Shown one piece after another: positions 35,505-47,925 of a stretch of DNA of 64,000 nt (position 1 is its first letter; each line of letters opens with the position of its first letter). The notes below the pieces were generated by a model that was not told where the DNA came from, did no database searches, and saw only the letters and a list, made by a program, of their open reading frames with translations. The DNA is from Curvularia clavata (lineage: Eukaryota). The stretch lies in assembly GCA_023920165.1 (NCBI GenBank), contig CP089275.1, forward strand, positions 3,782,001 through 3,846,000, written 5' to 3'. Made by a program: the position numbers and the translations under genes.

Positions 35505-35811
35505 TTGATGAGTTTGGTCATTTGATTGGAGTTGATGGACGGCGTCTCATCAGGCTTTGGCCTGTCTTTGCTGCTTTGATTTGAGGATGATTGGCGTTCT
35601 CTGGAAGGTCCTATTATCCCATGGACGTTGTTATTTCGGGACTACACGATACCTTCGCATGTTATCTTGCTCACAAAAATCCATTTGATATTCCTTCATT
35701 GTTCCATGCATCAAGATACACTCGTCTAACTGCTGAATGGGGTATCATGCCAAAAACGCCTCGAAAATGCCAACAACACCTCCCCTATGCTGGTAACAAC
35801 AGCACCATCAA

Positions 35812-37062
35812 CTACTTCTTCCCTGCAGCGATATCCTCTAACGCCTTGAAAACAGGGACTGTAGTCTTCTCTAGCTGACTTCTCTGAAAAGCCGTCATCT
35901 TTCCCAACACATACTTGCTCACAACATTAGGATCCCTGCTCTCTGGCCTGCCAATACCCACGCCAACTCTCCACCACTTGAGTCCCGCAAGCTGCTGCTG
36001 ACAACTCTTGATTCCATTATGCCCCTTTGCGCTTGCAGCACCGTCTCTAATCGTCACCTTACCCAGCGCAGACTCCAACTCATCATGCACAACGACCAGT
36101 CTACCCTCCAACGTGCTCTCGCCAGTCTGTCTGCGTATCTCTCTCAGCCACTCATTATAAGCGCGCTTGACCCCGTTCCCGCTCACATTCATGAGGCTTG
36201 TGGATTGCCAAAAGGTCCAGTCTTCGTAGACATCGCGTTCGCTTTCTACGCGGCGGAAGCCCGTCAGGCTGAAGGCGAGGTGTGTGGGTTGCGGCCGTGA
36301 GACGAGCCCTGAAAGACCTTTTTGAAAGGGCGTGTAGTTTTTCGCGTGTGAGAGCGACGAGGTGACAATGTGCCCAGCTGAGTGTAGAGTGTTGGCAAAG
36401 GAGGCGCCTGGGTTGCCAATGGAGGCGACAAGGAGGGGGTAGGCAGTTTGAGCGGCGGGTTTCGCCATTAGGAGGTGTGGAATGGCTGGAAGATGTTGGT
36501 TGGTGGGGCGGTGCTTTTGCTTGGATGGATTTCTTGATTGCTGGACTGGTACTTCAGCGTCGGTGTCGCTAGGTGTAGGCAATGCGGAGTCGTGTCGTTT
36601 CTTCTTTTCTTTGCGCTTCTCTTTGCGACTTTGAGAAGGAGGTTGTGTGGAATGCAATTGTTCGTTGGCACTGTCGTTGGGAACGTCTAATGTCTGATTC
36701 TGGGCAGTGTGGAGACTCGAAATGGCTGCAGCGAGGTCGAGTGCCTTTCTTCTTTGCTTTTCTTCGTTCTTTTCTCGACGAAGCTGTTTTTTTGTCTTTG
36801 GCTCAGGGAAATCGCTGCAACTGTCGCTGTCACTACCGCCGTCTTCTTGAGCTGGTGCTTCGGGATTTTTGACTTCGGCCTGCAGATCGGTGGCAGGGAT
36901 TAGCAGCATCTCCGTAGGGCTGGCCACGTGCACACGTGTGCTCGCGTCTGACATGTCACCAAAGTGAGGGAGGCAAAATGGAAGAATAGTACATATACCA
37001 CCACCGTGAGCAATCCTCTTTGTACCCAGAAGCAAATCACCAAATGGCTCATGCTTCGTCAT
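35812..37062 (-). CDS. PTH1: peptidyl-tRNA hydrolase (Pth1 type) with N-terminal extension; start uncertain (37062, 36954 or 36468)
   Basis: LLVASIGNPG, TLHSAGH, MNVSG, VVVHDEL, SAKGHNGIKS and RVGVGIGRP Pth motifs. Confidence 0.85.
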   Translation of the reverse strand: MTKHEPFGDLLLGTKRIAHGGGICTILPFCLPHFGDMSDASTRVHVASPTEMLLIPATDLQAEVKNPEAPAQEDGGSDSDSCSDFPEPKTKKQLRREKNEEKQRRKALDLAAAISSLHTAQNQTLDVPNDSANEQLHSTQPPSQSRKEKRKEKKKRHDSALPTPSDTDAEVPVQQSRNPSKQKHRPTNQHLPAIPHLLMAKPAAQTAYPLLVASIGNPGASFANTLHSAGHIVTSSLSHAKNYTPFQKGLSGLVSRPQPTHLAFSLTGFRRVESERDVYEDWTFWQSTSLMNVSGNGVKRAYNEWLREIRRQTGESTLEGRLVVVHDELESALGKVTIRDGAASAKGHNGIKSCQQQLAGLKWWRVGVGIGRPESRDPNVVSKYVLGKMTAFQRSQLEKTTVPVFKALEDIAAGKK

Positions 37063-37454
37063 AGCCAGCCGTGAACCGTGTCTCGCACAGCCACATGTAC
37101 GTAAGAGTCATAGTGGATTGATTGGTAAGGGCGCAAGTCCAGTGGCTTTGCGGTCAGCCGCCCTTTTCTCCATTGAAGCTTAGATATGTCATGACTAAAG
37201 GGCTTGCAAGGACCATTTTCGCAAAATTTATCTGTGAAGCAGTGATTCTGGACAAGAATCGGACGGAGATCGCAGGATCTCTTGGCGCACATCATCGCTC
37301 AGGAACAAGGGTCCAGAACGCTCATCTCCCCAAACCACCGAGACTCGCCACTTGCGCGTGCAACGATCTTCTTGTTGGATTCATCATCTGAAAGACTACT
37401 GCTAGGTAGTCACTTTTCAGCAGACCACCTTTCAGCGACCCTCAGTCAATCAGC

Positions 37455-38702
37455 ATGTCTGAACGCCAGGCAACGCCACCGCGAGCGACTCGCTCAGCGG
37501 GCAGGCTTCCACCGAATCCTCCTACCCCCGAACAGATCAGACGAATGGAAGAGGCTCGATTAAAAGCAAAGGCCGCCGCGCAACAAGCCCAATCTTCCAC
37601 CCCGTCTGCGGCGCCCAGAACAGGCGAGAAGCGTGCATACTCCTCTATCACCGCGTCTCAGACTCCAGCAAATGTTCGGAATGCCGCCGCTGCTTCACCT
37701 CAGAAGCGCGATCAAAATGGGTTTATACAACCACCATCCAATGACTATATACAACCTGCGAAGAAATATGCCAGGTCGGACTTTATCGAGTATGACTTTA
37801 GTAAGATGACGGATACAAAGGGTGGTTTCTTGAGCACAACGGATGATCCACACAACAAGGCTATGTGGAGGGGACAGGCAAAAGAAGAACAGAAGCCCGA
37901 AGGAATGACCATAACAGAGTGGGAGAGGGAACGCATAAGGCGAAAACTACGTGCGAACAGGGCGGGACCATACGAACCAGGCATCTCCATCTTGAACAGC
38001 GTGGACGGCAAGGAAGAAGAGGACGAAGAGGCCGCGTTGCTAGAAGCCGCTGAAAACGCTGAGATTGAAAATGGTACATTCAAAGGCAAATACGGCGATG
38101 GCAAGCGCGACGTCAAAGGCAAATGCCGTGAATGCAACAGCCTAGAAATCGACTGGAAATGGCAAGACACCTTCGGCATCGGCGTGTGCAACATCTGCAA
38201 AGAAAAGTACCCAGACAAATACTCACTCCTTACCAAAACCGAAGCCCGAGACGACTACCTCCTCACCGACCCAGAACTCAAAGACGAAGAACTCCTCCCC
38301 CATCTCGAGCGCCCTAACCCACATAAACAGTTCTTCCACCCCATGCAGCTCTTTCTCCGCCTCCAAATTGAAGCCTACGCATTCAGCCCCGCGAAATGGG
38401 GATCTGCTGAAGCTCTAGACGAGGAATACGCAAAGCGCCAAGTCATCAGCAAAGAGCGCAAGCAAAAGAAGTTCCAGAACAAATTAGAAGACTTGAAAAA
38501 GAGGACACGAGTGGAAGCATATAAGCGCGCTAGACTGGCGGGCGACGGTGCAGCAGCCAATGCGCAGTTTGGGCAGAAGATCAAGGGACGGTATGATCGT
38601 CACGAGCATGAGTGGGGGAGAAGCGTGCTTGATCCTGAGACGGGCATGACAAAGAAGCGATGTGAGGAGTGTGGAATGGAAGTCGAGGAGTTGGAGTTTT
38701 AG
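37455..38702 (+). CDS. RAD14: nucleotide excision repair protein Rad14/XPA
   Basis: FIEYDFSKMTDTKGGF; C4 zinc finger CRECN...CNICK; YSLLTKTEARDDYLLTDPEL; terminal CEECGMEVEELEF. Single exon. Confidence 0.96.
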   Translation: MSERQATPPRATRSAGRLPPNPPTPEQIRRMEEARLKAKAAAQQAQSSTPSAAPRTGEKRAYSSITASQTPANVRNAAAASPQKRDQNGFIQPPSNDYIQPAKKYARSDFIEYDFSKMTDTKGGFLSTTDDPHNKAMWRGQAKEEQKPEGMTITEWERERIRRKLRANRAGPYEPGISILNSVDGKEEEDEEAALLEAAENAEIENGTFKGKYGDGKRDVKGKCRECNSLEIDWKWQDTFGIGVCNICKEKYPDKYSLLTKTEARDDYLLTDPELKDEELLPHLERPNPHKQFFHPMQLFLRLQIEAYAFSPAKWGSAEALDEEYAKRQVISKERKQKKFQNKLEDLKKRTRVEAYKRARLAGDGAAANAQFGQKIKGRYDRHEHEWGRSVLDPETGMTKKRCEECGMEVEELEF

Positions 38703-39001
38703 ATGTAGAAGTGCAGATACGTGTTGTAATGATACCCCCGCAGCAGCAGGTATGCTGTGATGTTCTTCCACTGGTTTATACCATGAACTGTACCAAAGTG
38801 TGATGTGGCGAGGTTGTTCTCCAGTTTTTTTTCGCTCCCCACATGGCGCTTACCCCTCTTTCGTATCTGCCACGTATTGTTTCCAACACGTATATGATTT
38901 ACCCGTTGAGAAAACAATCTTCAAGCGTGGCATTTTTTGCCAAAAGGTATAATCAAGATATAGATTAACGAATCTTGAAATTAGTCATCAAACAAGACCA
39001 A

Positions 39002-39090
39002 GGGCCGGTAACTCAGTGGTAGAGTGTAGGACTGCAGTTCTCCCAAAAACCGCCTTCCCGAAGTCACCGGTTCGACTCCGGTTCGGCCCT
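39002..39090 (+). tRNA. tRNA-Cys(GCA) with about 17-nt intron (39038-39054)
   Basis: Acceptor GGGCCGG/TCGGCCC, D arm ACTC/GAGT, anticodon GCA 39034-39036, T arm ACCGG-TTCGACT-CCGGT, discriminator U73 (Cys identity element), oligo-T after the gene. Confidence 0.88.
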
Positions 39091-39094
39091 TTAC

Positions 39095-39101
39095 TTTTTT
39101 T
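39095..39101 (+). terminator. RNA polymerase III oligo-T terminator of the tRNA gene
   Basis: T7 run 4 nt after the discriminator base. Confidence 0.7.
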
Positions 39102-39680
39102 GCTTGTGTACACACACCCTGCCCTGTACCTCCAGCGGTCGTTTTTGTGTTTACCTCTTTCTATGCGGATTGCTTGAAGGAAGATGTATCAATGTATGTC
39201 TTAGGCCAGGGTAGAAAGGAAGAGATAAAGGACCGCGTTCTTTTTTTCCATCAGGGTAGGTAGTAAAACATACAGATATCTCTGGAAACAATTTTCTACT
39301 TCTATTCTTCTTTGCAGACCTAAGAACTTTGTACACAATTGACTTCCAATTGACTCAAAACACAAAACGATTTTTAAACACAGCCACGAACTATGGCCCA
39401 AAATTATAACCAACAACTTGGTTGATATGTATTGAGGTCTAAACTAAACCTCTTTCAAAGTGAATAGAGTTTTCTTCGCGTACCTGTGCATCAGGGTCCC
39501 TGGAAAACAGCTGTTGACGCACACCAGGAGATTGAAGCGACGTAGGCCATACCATCTCGCTTTATGCGGTCCCTTTCCCTTAACTCCTGAAGATACACGA
39601 TGCCACCCCTTTTCTTTTTTTTTCTTTCTCTCTTGATACTGCTAGAATCTGTCATTCCCCATATGGAAGAGGAGTCAAGG

Positions 39681-42600
39681 TTATTCGGAAGCTGTGCTGG
39701 CCTTGGCTTCGTACGCCGCCTTTGCAGTGCTGATCAGAGAGTCAAGCTCGCCACTGGTTTGGCACATGGAGCGGAATGAGCCACCATCTTTGCGGACGAG
39801 ATCATACGGATGACCGTACTCAATCACCTCGCCCTTGTCGAGAACCAGGACCTTGTCGTAGTCGATAATGGTCTGGAGACGATGCGCGATTGTTATGGTA
39901 GTATTTTTGATCTGGCGAATCGTCTCTTGAATCTTGGCGTCGGTGGCATAATCGATGGAAGCCGTGGCTTCGTCCATTAGTAGAACCTTGGGGGCCTTGA
40001 GTAGCGCTCGCGCAAGACACAGAAGCTGACGCTGGCCTTGCGAGAGATTGGAGCCAGACTCTGAGACGGGGGAGTTGAGGTTCTTGAACGTATTCTTGTT
40101 GTCAGCTTCCATTGCAGCTTGTCCTTGTGCTGCGTCATCCTGTTCAACAACATGTCCATTAGGCATTACGACTATGGTATCTTCTTGTGTCTCGCCTCGG
40201 TCCCAGTCGCGGTTCGCCAAGATGGAACCAGGGTTGGTGGTAGCACCAGTGTAGCTTGCGTTCACATCTGCAGTGACAGCACCTGTAGTAGGGACCGGAA
40301 TCTGAACAGCCGCAGAAGGTGCAGATTGTTGAGTGGGAGTCACAGTGCCAGATGCTGGCTGTGAAAGTGACGAAATCAGGTTGACCTCACGTAGCGCGGT
40401 AAAAATCTCTTCATCCGTGAAGATTGAGAAAGGGTCGAGGTTGCTTCGAACCGTGCCAGTGAACAACGTCGGGTCTGGATTTTGTTAGCAACTGCAAGAC
40501 TCTGTGCTGAAGGGATTCACATACCTTGTGGCACCATTACGACATTCTCGCGCAAGTCGTGAAGACCAATCAACCCAATATCAATGTCGTCAATCAGAAT
40601 CTTACCCTGTTCAGCCTCCAACGCTCGGAACAATGCAAGTGCCATAGAACTCTTTCCAGCACCAGTCCTGCCAACAACACCAACCTTCTCGCCGGGAAGA
40701 ATCTTAAACGTCAAATTCTTCAGGACGAGATCGAAGTCATCCCGGTATCGCGTGCTGTAGTTGATGAATTCGACAGACCCCTTGCTTGGCCAATTGGAAG
40801 GCGGTCGGTTCGCTGGGATGACTGAGGGAGCTTCTTGGTCTACATCAAGGTATTCCTTGACACGTTCGACCGAGTTCATGTTTTGCTCATTGGCGGAATA
40901 CAATCGCACAAACCACAGGACATTCTCGGTAAAGGTAACAGCATAGGTAAGTGCCAGACCTGCAGCGCCTGCATCGAGGCGCCCGACACTAAGGACAACA
41001 AAAGCCCCAGAAAAGAAAGCAACCATTGCACCAACAACATCAACTCGGAACGCGAGCCATCTGTTAGCGGCCCACAGATAGATGAAGGGTCGATGTTGTG
41101 TATTTATCTTGGCCAGATTCTCACGGATGAAGCGACGCTCATCACCATAAGCCCGAATGGTGGTCATGCCTGATAGTGTCTCGCCAAATTGCTGGTAAAG
41201 AGGGCTTCGGTGTACAGACTCCAGTCGCTTCAGATCGCGTGAGGAATTGATGTAGAATCGTCCGATGAGGAAGTAGAGAATCGATATGAAGAATGCCGCA
41301 ATCAAGAACGCGGGTGTAATGACCGAAATGAGAACGACGATGGTAATGACGGAAGCGAGGCAGTGTACGACACCGATAGCGACAGGGGCGACTTCTTGAT
41401 CGATAGCCTCAATATCTTTTGAGAACCTGTTCATAAGCTGACCAAGTGGAGTCTGATCAAAGAAGCGGAACTTGGCGTGCGCAACCTTTTGGATCAAACG
41501 CTCGTGCAGTCGTCGTGATGCCGCTAGGGAACCACCGAAAAGGAAGCCCTCGCGCAGGAAGGTGATCAGCATGAAGACGAGACCCAAGATGGCGTATACC
41601 CCAAGGAAATAGACAGAGTCGACCTCTGGACCAGAGGCTCCAAACGTGGTCTGCATGGTGTTGTACGAGTACAAAGACGGTTCCGGTTGACTGGAGAACG
41701 GAAAATTCCAGCTACAAGTAGCACTGTTCAGGCATGTGCCTACACCACTCAACGTCGGGGCATGAGTGACAGGTGAGCGACGGTGGTGACCCATGACAGC
41801 ATAGCCTTTATCTGCGTAGGCATTTGCCCAAGTGCGAATCCACAAGTTTGTAGAGACAGAAGAAATCTGTGCGGCGACGAAAGCGATGGTAGCACCAACC
41901 CAGTAGTACCACGGGCCCATAGCCTGAAGATACATCAATATGATACTCAGCTTGACGCCACCCTCGGCCTTCTTCTCATCCTGATTGTTGCTGGATGGTA
42001 TCTTCTTGGTGTCTGTTTTACCATTCAAGATGGTGTTCGCATCTCCATTCGCTTGGCTAGACTCATCATTTGCCTCCCGAACCGTGTCAGAAGCTGACTG
42101 AGAAGGGGGTTTCGATGCGCCACGTGAGGCGGGCCGTGATTTCGTGAGGTCCTCGGTGAGCTTTCCAGAATTGATGACTTCATCTGCTGTTCCCTGTGCA
42201 GTCACACGTCCATTCTCAAGCACTACGGCAAACTCGGCATGGGGCAGACACAGGGTGACATTGTGCGTGACAAGGATACACGTGCGGTTTGCCATCAGTC
42301 GACCGTGGAGGGCGTAGTGGAAGATCCATTTAGCAGTGTGGGCGTCAACAGCGCTCAGAACATCGTCGAGGAGAAGATGGCGGGCTTTGCTGTACATTGC
42401 GCGAGCGAGAGAGATGCGTTGCTTCTGGCCTCCAGAGAGCGTCACACCTTTCTCGCCGACCACTGTTTCATCGCCAGCGTCAAGAATTTCAAGATCGCGC
42501 TTTAAACAGCAGATGTCAATGACTTCTTCATAGCGTTTTTGGTCCCATTCGCTTGCGAATACGATGTTTTCTTTCACAGTACCATTGACTAACCAAGCTT

Positions 42601-45035
42601 GCTGGGCGCAATATGCCACACTTTCAGTGAGACCGGTTTCGGGGTCAGGAATTAGATCTTCTCGGCTGACTCCTCCGGGCAAATACACGTCACCCTTGAG
42701 CTTTGTCATCTCACCGAGCAGCCCCATAAGCAGCGAAGTCTTTCCAGACCCAGTGGGACCAACGACTACGTTCAGCTTGCCAACGTGGAATTTCACATTA
42801 AGATCAATGAGCTTAAAGGCATCCGCTGCAGCTTGATCGGCCATGTCTGCGCCTCCCCAGCTAAAGGTACCGTTTTCAAATCCGATGACTGGTTGGCCAT
42901 CTTCGTCCGTCTTTTGAGTGACCAACTGTTTGTACTTGTCTGTCTCAGGCTCCTTAAGATACTCCTCAATACGATCAACGGAGACTTTGGATTCTTGGAC
43001 GTGCGCGACCATATCAGCGAGTTGGTCCAGCGGAATTCTCAAGATCTGGAAGAGCGAGAGGGCGGTGAAGGCGACTGACGGGATCAAAGCCTTGTGTTCA
43101 ACGTTCGTATAGACCAAGAAGGACAAGAAGGTGATCAAGACAGGGGAGCCCGACCATATCGTGGCTGCAACTGCCCAGAGGATGTACCGACGACGCAAAT
43201 GTTTTAGCTCGCTATATCGCTTCTCGTTGACCAGCCCAATGAAGCGCTGCTCCCATGCAAAGAATTTGATGATTCGAATGTTGGTAAGGACTTCGTTGGT
43301 GGTATGGATTCGAGCATCGGTGGCGGCGAGAATGAGTTTCTGGATCTTAGAAAACTGTCTAGCGACGTACATGTTGACCGGAAGTAGGAAGACCATCATG
43401 CCAATACCAGCAATGGAACTATATCCCAGGATTCGATAGAGCAAGTAAACCGCTACGACAACTTGGACAGGGGTATTTGCCCACAGGAAATGCAAGTAAG
43501 CGCTTATCTCGCTGACCTTGAAGGCATCTACAGCCATGAGGTTGATGATTGCACCAGTGGTGACCTGAGCATCGGATCCTGGAGCTGCGTCTTCATCATC
43601 GTCCTTTGATGCTTCGGACGTTTTCTTCTTGTCCTTGTTCTTGCCAAAATTGAATATGCGCTTCAACCCCTTGGGCTGGTCCTCTTCGTCCTCCTCTTGT
43701 GACTTTTTCTTCTCTTCACCCAAGACTTTGTCGGTAGTAGCCGCTGCCCTACGCTTAAGAGCTTTTGCGTAGATTTCTCCAATGATGACCGCGCGTAATC
43801 GAATGCAAATCTTGCGGCCAAGCCAGAGAGCCTGCCCATCAGCCAATGCGGATAGGGAGCCGGAAACGAAGAGCAAGATAACATAGAACCATGCAGCGTT
43901 TGCTGGGGTCAAATCTGGGCTTTCAACATACTCCAGGATCACCTTGAGCAACAATGTCGGTGCAAAAGTAAGGAAACCAGAGATCGCCGCCCAACCTGCT
44001 TGTATGAGCAGGCCACGCTTGAAATGCTTGAGAAGGTGGTAGGCCAAACTCGAAGTCTTCTTGGCCTGACGGTACCTGGCGATGACAGCTCCGGCCTTGT
44101 CTTTGGAGGGCAGATTCCAAACGTCTGCAAGCTCGTAGGTCTTTTTGTATCCCGTCCAGACAATGGGGTCCACCCAGCTGAAAGTAGCGAGAGAGAAGAC
44201 GCTAGCGATAGGCTCGCGTGCTGGGGCAATGTCTCCTTCGTACTCCAGATGAACTGTTTTGTTGCCTTTTCTAGAGCACAAGGCAATAAGAAACAGCAGG
44301 GAAACGAGGGTGAAGTCGCCAATCATTAGCTTCTGGTGCAAGCTGGATCGCGGGTGTATGATTGCCGATCGGAAAAGCAGAATGCTAAAGACCCATTGAC
44401 AGCCGTAAATGAAGGCAGTGTGGTACCAGAGAGCGGGAAATGAGAAGCGGCTGGTGCTGGAGAAGAGCAGGCGGAGTGATGCCAGAGCGGCAATGTAAGC
44501 CCAGACAGCGATGCTAGTAATGGCGGCTGTCTTTGCATGCACACCCCATGCATTGGTTAGGAATATAGCAATGTGAAGGCCGAGCTCTGCAAGTACTGCC
44601 GCTTCCTCTAGCACAACGATGGTGAGCTGTCCGCGAGGCTTGTCGACGGCGATAGTAGATGCCGTCTTGACGGTGCGGAGGGCAAGGTCTTGGTTCCGCT
44701 CGAGTTCATCGTGGGTATCGTCGTCGTCGTATTCGTCTGCGCCATGATAATTGGGGCTCCGCAAGGACCACGGATTGCTGGCATCATCGAGGGCGCTATA
44801 TGCGTGATAGTATTTGGACGTGATCGCAGCTGAGTAGAGCTGAAAGAGGAGGTAAAGAATGGATATGGCGCAAACGATCAGTGGGAACAATGTCTGGAGA
44901 TAGCTGTGGCGCGTCAGTGTTTTGATCTTTTTTCTTCTTTGCAACGGCCAACGGGCCGACCATGACATACTCGCGCTCAAAACAGGTGGAGAAGTCGTCG
45001 ATTGCCCAGAATGGGCCTTTGCAGTGAGCAAACAT
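39681..45035 (-). CDS. YBT1: ABCC transporter, YBT1/BAT1 (bile-acid permease)-like
   Basis: Exon 1 MFAHCKGPFWAIDDFSTCFER, intron 44904-44970; NBD1 GPTGSGKTS, LSGGQKQRI, LLDDVLSAVD; NBD2 GRTGAGKSS, LSQGQRQL, MDEATASIDYATD; intron 40475-40524; insertion within NBD2. Confidence 0.88.
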
Positions 45036-46181
45036 GCCGCCGGCCTGCTGTTCTACGATGCCTGCTGTGCCTTGTGGCCGAGTCCAACTGTCCCCAGGCC
45101 TCGCGCGCTCACAGTCACACTCGTACTCGTTATCGACGAGCGGTGAAGCGCATCGGAGAGCGAGAGCGCGGTTCGACAGATACAGTGGCGCTTTGGGGTT
45201 GAATGCGCCGCGGTAAACAGACGTCGACAGGCGATGTCTCAATCTCTGGGCGCCGGGATGCACAGAGGGTGTTGGTGAAGAATCGCAGAGGAAGACGCGG
45301 CCTGGTGGACTTAACGGCACTTTGTTAGTCGCCGCAAGAGCCTTGCCCGATGCGCACTGACGTTCACGCACGACAGCCGTTGTGATGTAATCCGCTGCCT
45401 GCCCGATACGGAAATTACGCCAGTCGAGATCTGACTCCTTCTGATCTAGATCGAGTCGTCTTCCTGATCGCACGCGACAACGGCCGCAATCCACGAGCAA
45501 ACAAACAAACACAAGAGATGGATGAGGGCACGAATCACGACGAGAGGTACTCGGCTTACTCCCTCGCAACTACCCTGCTTATCACATGCCTAGGCACATA
45601 CATTCGCATGCGCCCTTTAGCTCATGTGCGCCCTTATTACCGTCTCCGCGGCCAATCCCGGCGCTTCTCCGTCTCGAACGCAATATCGATTTGGTGATAG
45701 CGAAATCAACCTATACGCTATACGCCATGTCCCCTCGACCTTTGGCAAACGGCAGCCAAGTCAACGTTAACTGGTGCCGACCCACATGCCACGGTGGAAC
45801 TAGGTAGCGGACTACCCCACCACGTGGATCCATCTGCACTCAATGTCCATGTTGCCTGTAACGGTATTCGCAGTACCTGCAAGTCAACAAGATCCCGATA
45901 ACATGCCGCTACCTTTTATACCGGATGCGTCTTCGTACAGGCTGGAGCTAATGCGAGACGCTAACGATGTTTTCGACTTGCGTACACCATTAGTCTCTCT
46001 CGCTGTAGGCCATGTGTAACAAATCAAGCTGCATAGGTTGTCCAGAATCAATATCGGGAAGAAGCCGCCTGCAATCGAGAACTCCGTTGTCGTACGGCGA
46101 CTCTTCTACTAGGTTTAGGATGGTCACGTGACTTTGCCATTTGTCCTGGCATCATATCCCAACCACTTCACCAAAACAAGC

Positions 46182-46300
46182 ACATACGACCATAGGCTCG
46201 AGAAAGCAGGATTCCCCGTTCGATCAATCATACTTAAGCTCGAGACCGGCGGACTAGTAGTCGGGTGGGTGACCACCGGCGAATCCCCGCTGTCGTATGT
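46182..46300 (+). rRNA. dispersed 5S rRNA gene, 119 nt
   Basis: Terminal helix ACATACGAC/GTCGTATGT; conserved TACTTAAG and TAGTAGT..GGTGGGTGACCACC..CGAATCCC blocks; T run directly after (46300-46304). Confidence 0.95.
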
Positions 46301-47925
46301 TTTTGCACTTTGGGTGGAGTTTTTTTTTGCTCAGTCACGTCTGTGCTGAGTGGACCATGTGCTCATCAAGAAGTCAAGGCGACAAGAAACAATAGCGCAA
46401 CATTGAGAGCTGCATTCTACTACCAGCAGTAAAGAACAGCGATTTTGAAACAAGAGGATGTCGTTCGTTCATAATTCAGCCGATTGACACTGACATGGGC
46501 GCGATCATGTCTTGGCGGCAGTGACCTTCGACAATTCGGACCTGTAACACAGCGCTCCCTCATAAGGTTTTGAGTACTGCCTGTGCGCTCGACTCGAAAT
46601 CGATTGTGTAGCGGTCGTGCAGCCCTATTGTTGATGCTTACGCGCCTTACGCACGGCTGTTGTGATGAGCCGTCCATGTTCGCAGCCTTGTACGCAGCTT
46701 GCCCGGAGACTGATTGGGAGTAAACAAAGCACTCACCCTAGGTGCATCCCACAATCCAAGATGTGAGCAGCCTCAAGCAATCTTCTTTTCTAGCAGAATT
46801 ATATTGCGAAAACCAGTGGTCATCTCAGTCAATAAATGCCTGCTGTGCGTGCTGTCTTGGACCACGTCATTTGGCCAACAGTTTCGTTTTGAAATCGTCA
46901 AGCCTAGAGCACTGGGTCCAAGCACTCAGACCGACCGACAATTTTCCTGAAGTCTCATAAACTGTACATACATTTTTACTACGTACATACGTACCCGACA
47001 GACTCAATCACCACATTCACTCTACGCCTCTCATCAGCAGCCACCATCAGTCAGCTCCAAGGATCGGCCAAATTGACAATCGAGCTGCGCTGTCGACCAC
47101 TGCCTGCCCTACATACATCGTCTATCACATTAACCCCTCCTCAGCTAAGCGAGAATTTGTGCAACAAATGATATGCTAGAAGAGACTGAGGCAGATCCCC
47201 TAAGCGAGCTTCGAGTAGCCAACGCTGAGACGTAGCCTAGCTAGCGAATGAAAGAAAACAGCAACACGGTGCCAAGATGTCGTCGCTGGGCATGTAACGT
47301 AGCCACAATGTTTTGTATAGATCAATTCTGTGTTCAAATCAGCATAGTTTTGGTCATTTTATCCATTCAAGTGACAAGGCCATGCTAGGCGGATAGGGTT
47401 GAATACAAAGGTTAACATAGCAATATCCAACTTCAAAAATAGGCAAGTTTCGCGAACAGCAGAGGGGTCGTTTACTGCACATACCCTTCCGTAAGCCGAT
47501 AGCTAAACTACAAAGCATCAAATCGACATTGTAAATGCCATAAAATGTGAGTTTGACACTCGGGAAAGACAATTTGCTGACCAGACAGCTTGGGGATTCC
47601 TTCAATACGGCCCGAGTTCATAGCTTAGCGGAGCCGAAAATTGATCATATTGACTGTCAGCCGGGACAACCTCTATGATCATGATCATCACGATCTTCGT
47701 GGTAAAGGGTTGGCATCTTGCAAATGCTGTAGCATGTTACACGTCGGGAGATCGTATGTGTCCTATTGGATGGTGTCATTCACGGGACATCGAGACGCTA
47801 TCAACATTGTAAACATGAACGATAACTTGTACACTGCATTAAGCTGCTGAGAAGGCGATATTTGCTATATTATCGCATTTGCTCACTTACCCAGCCACTT
47901 CTTTACTCGTTCAGATATCTGCTCC

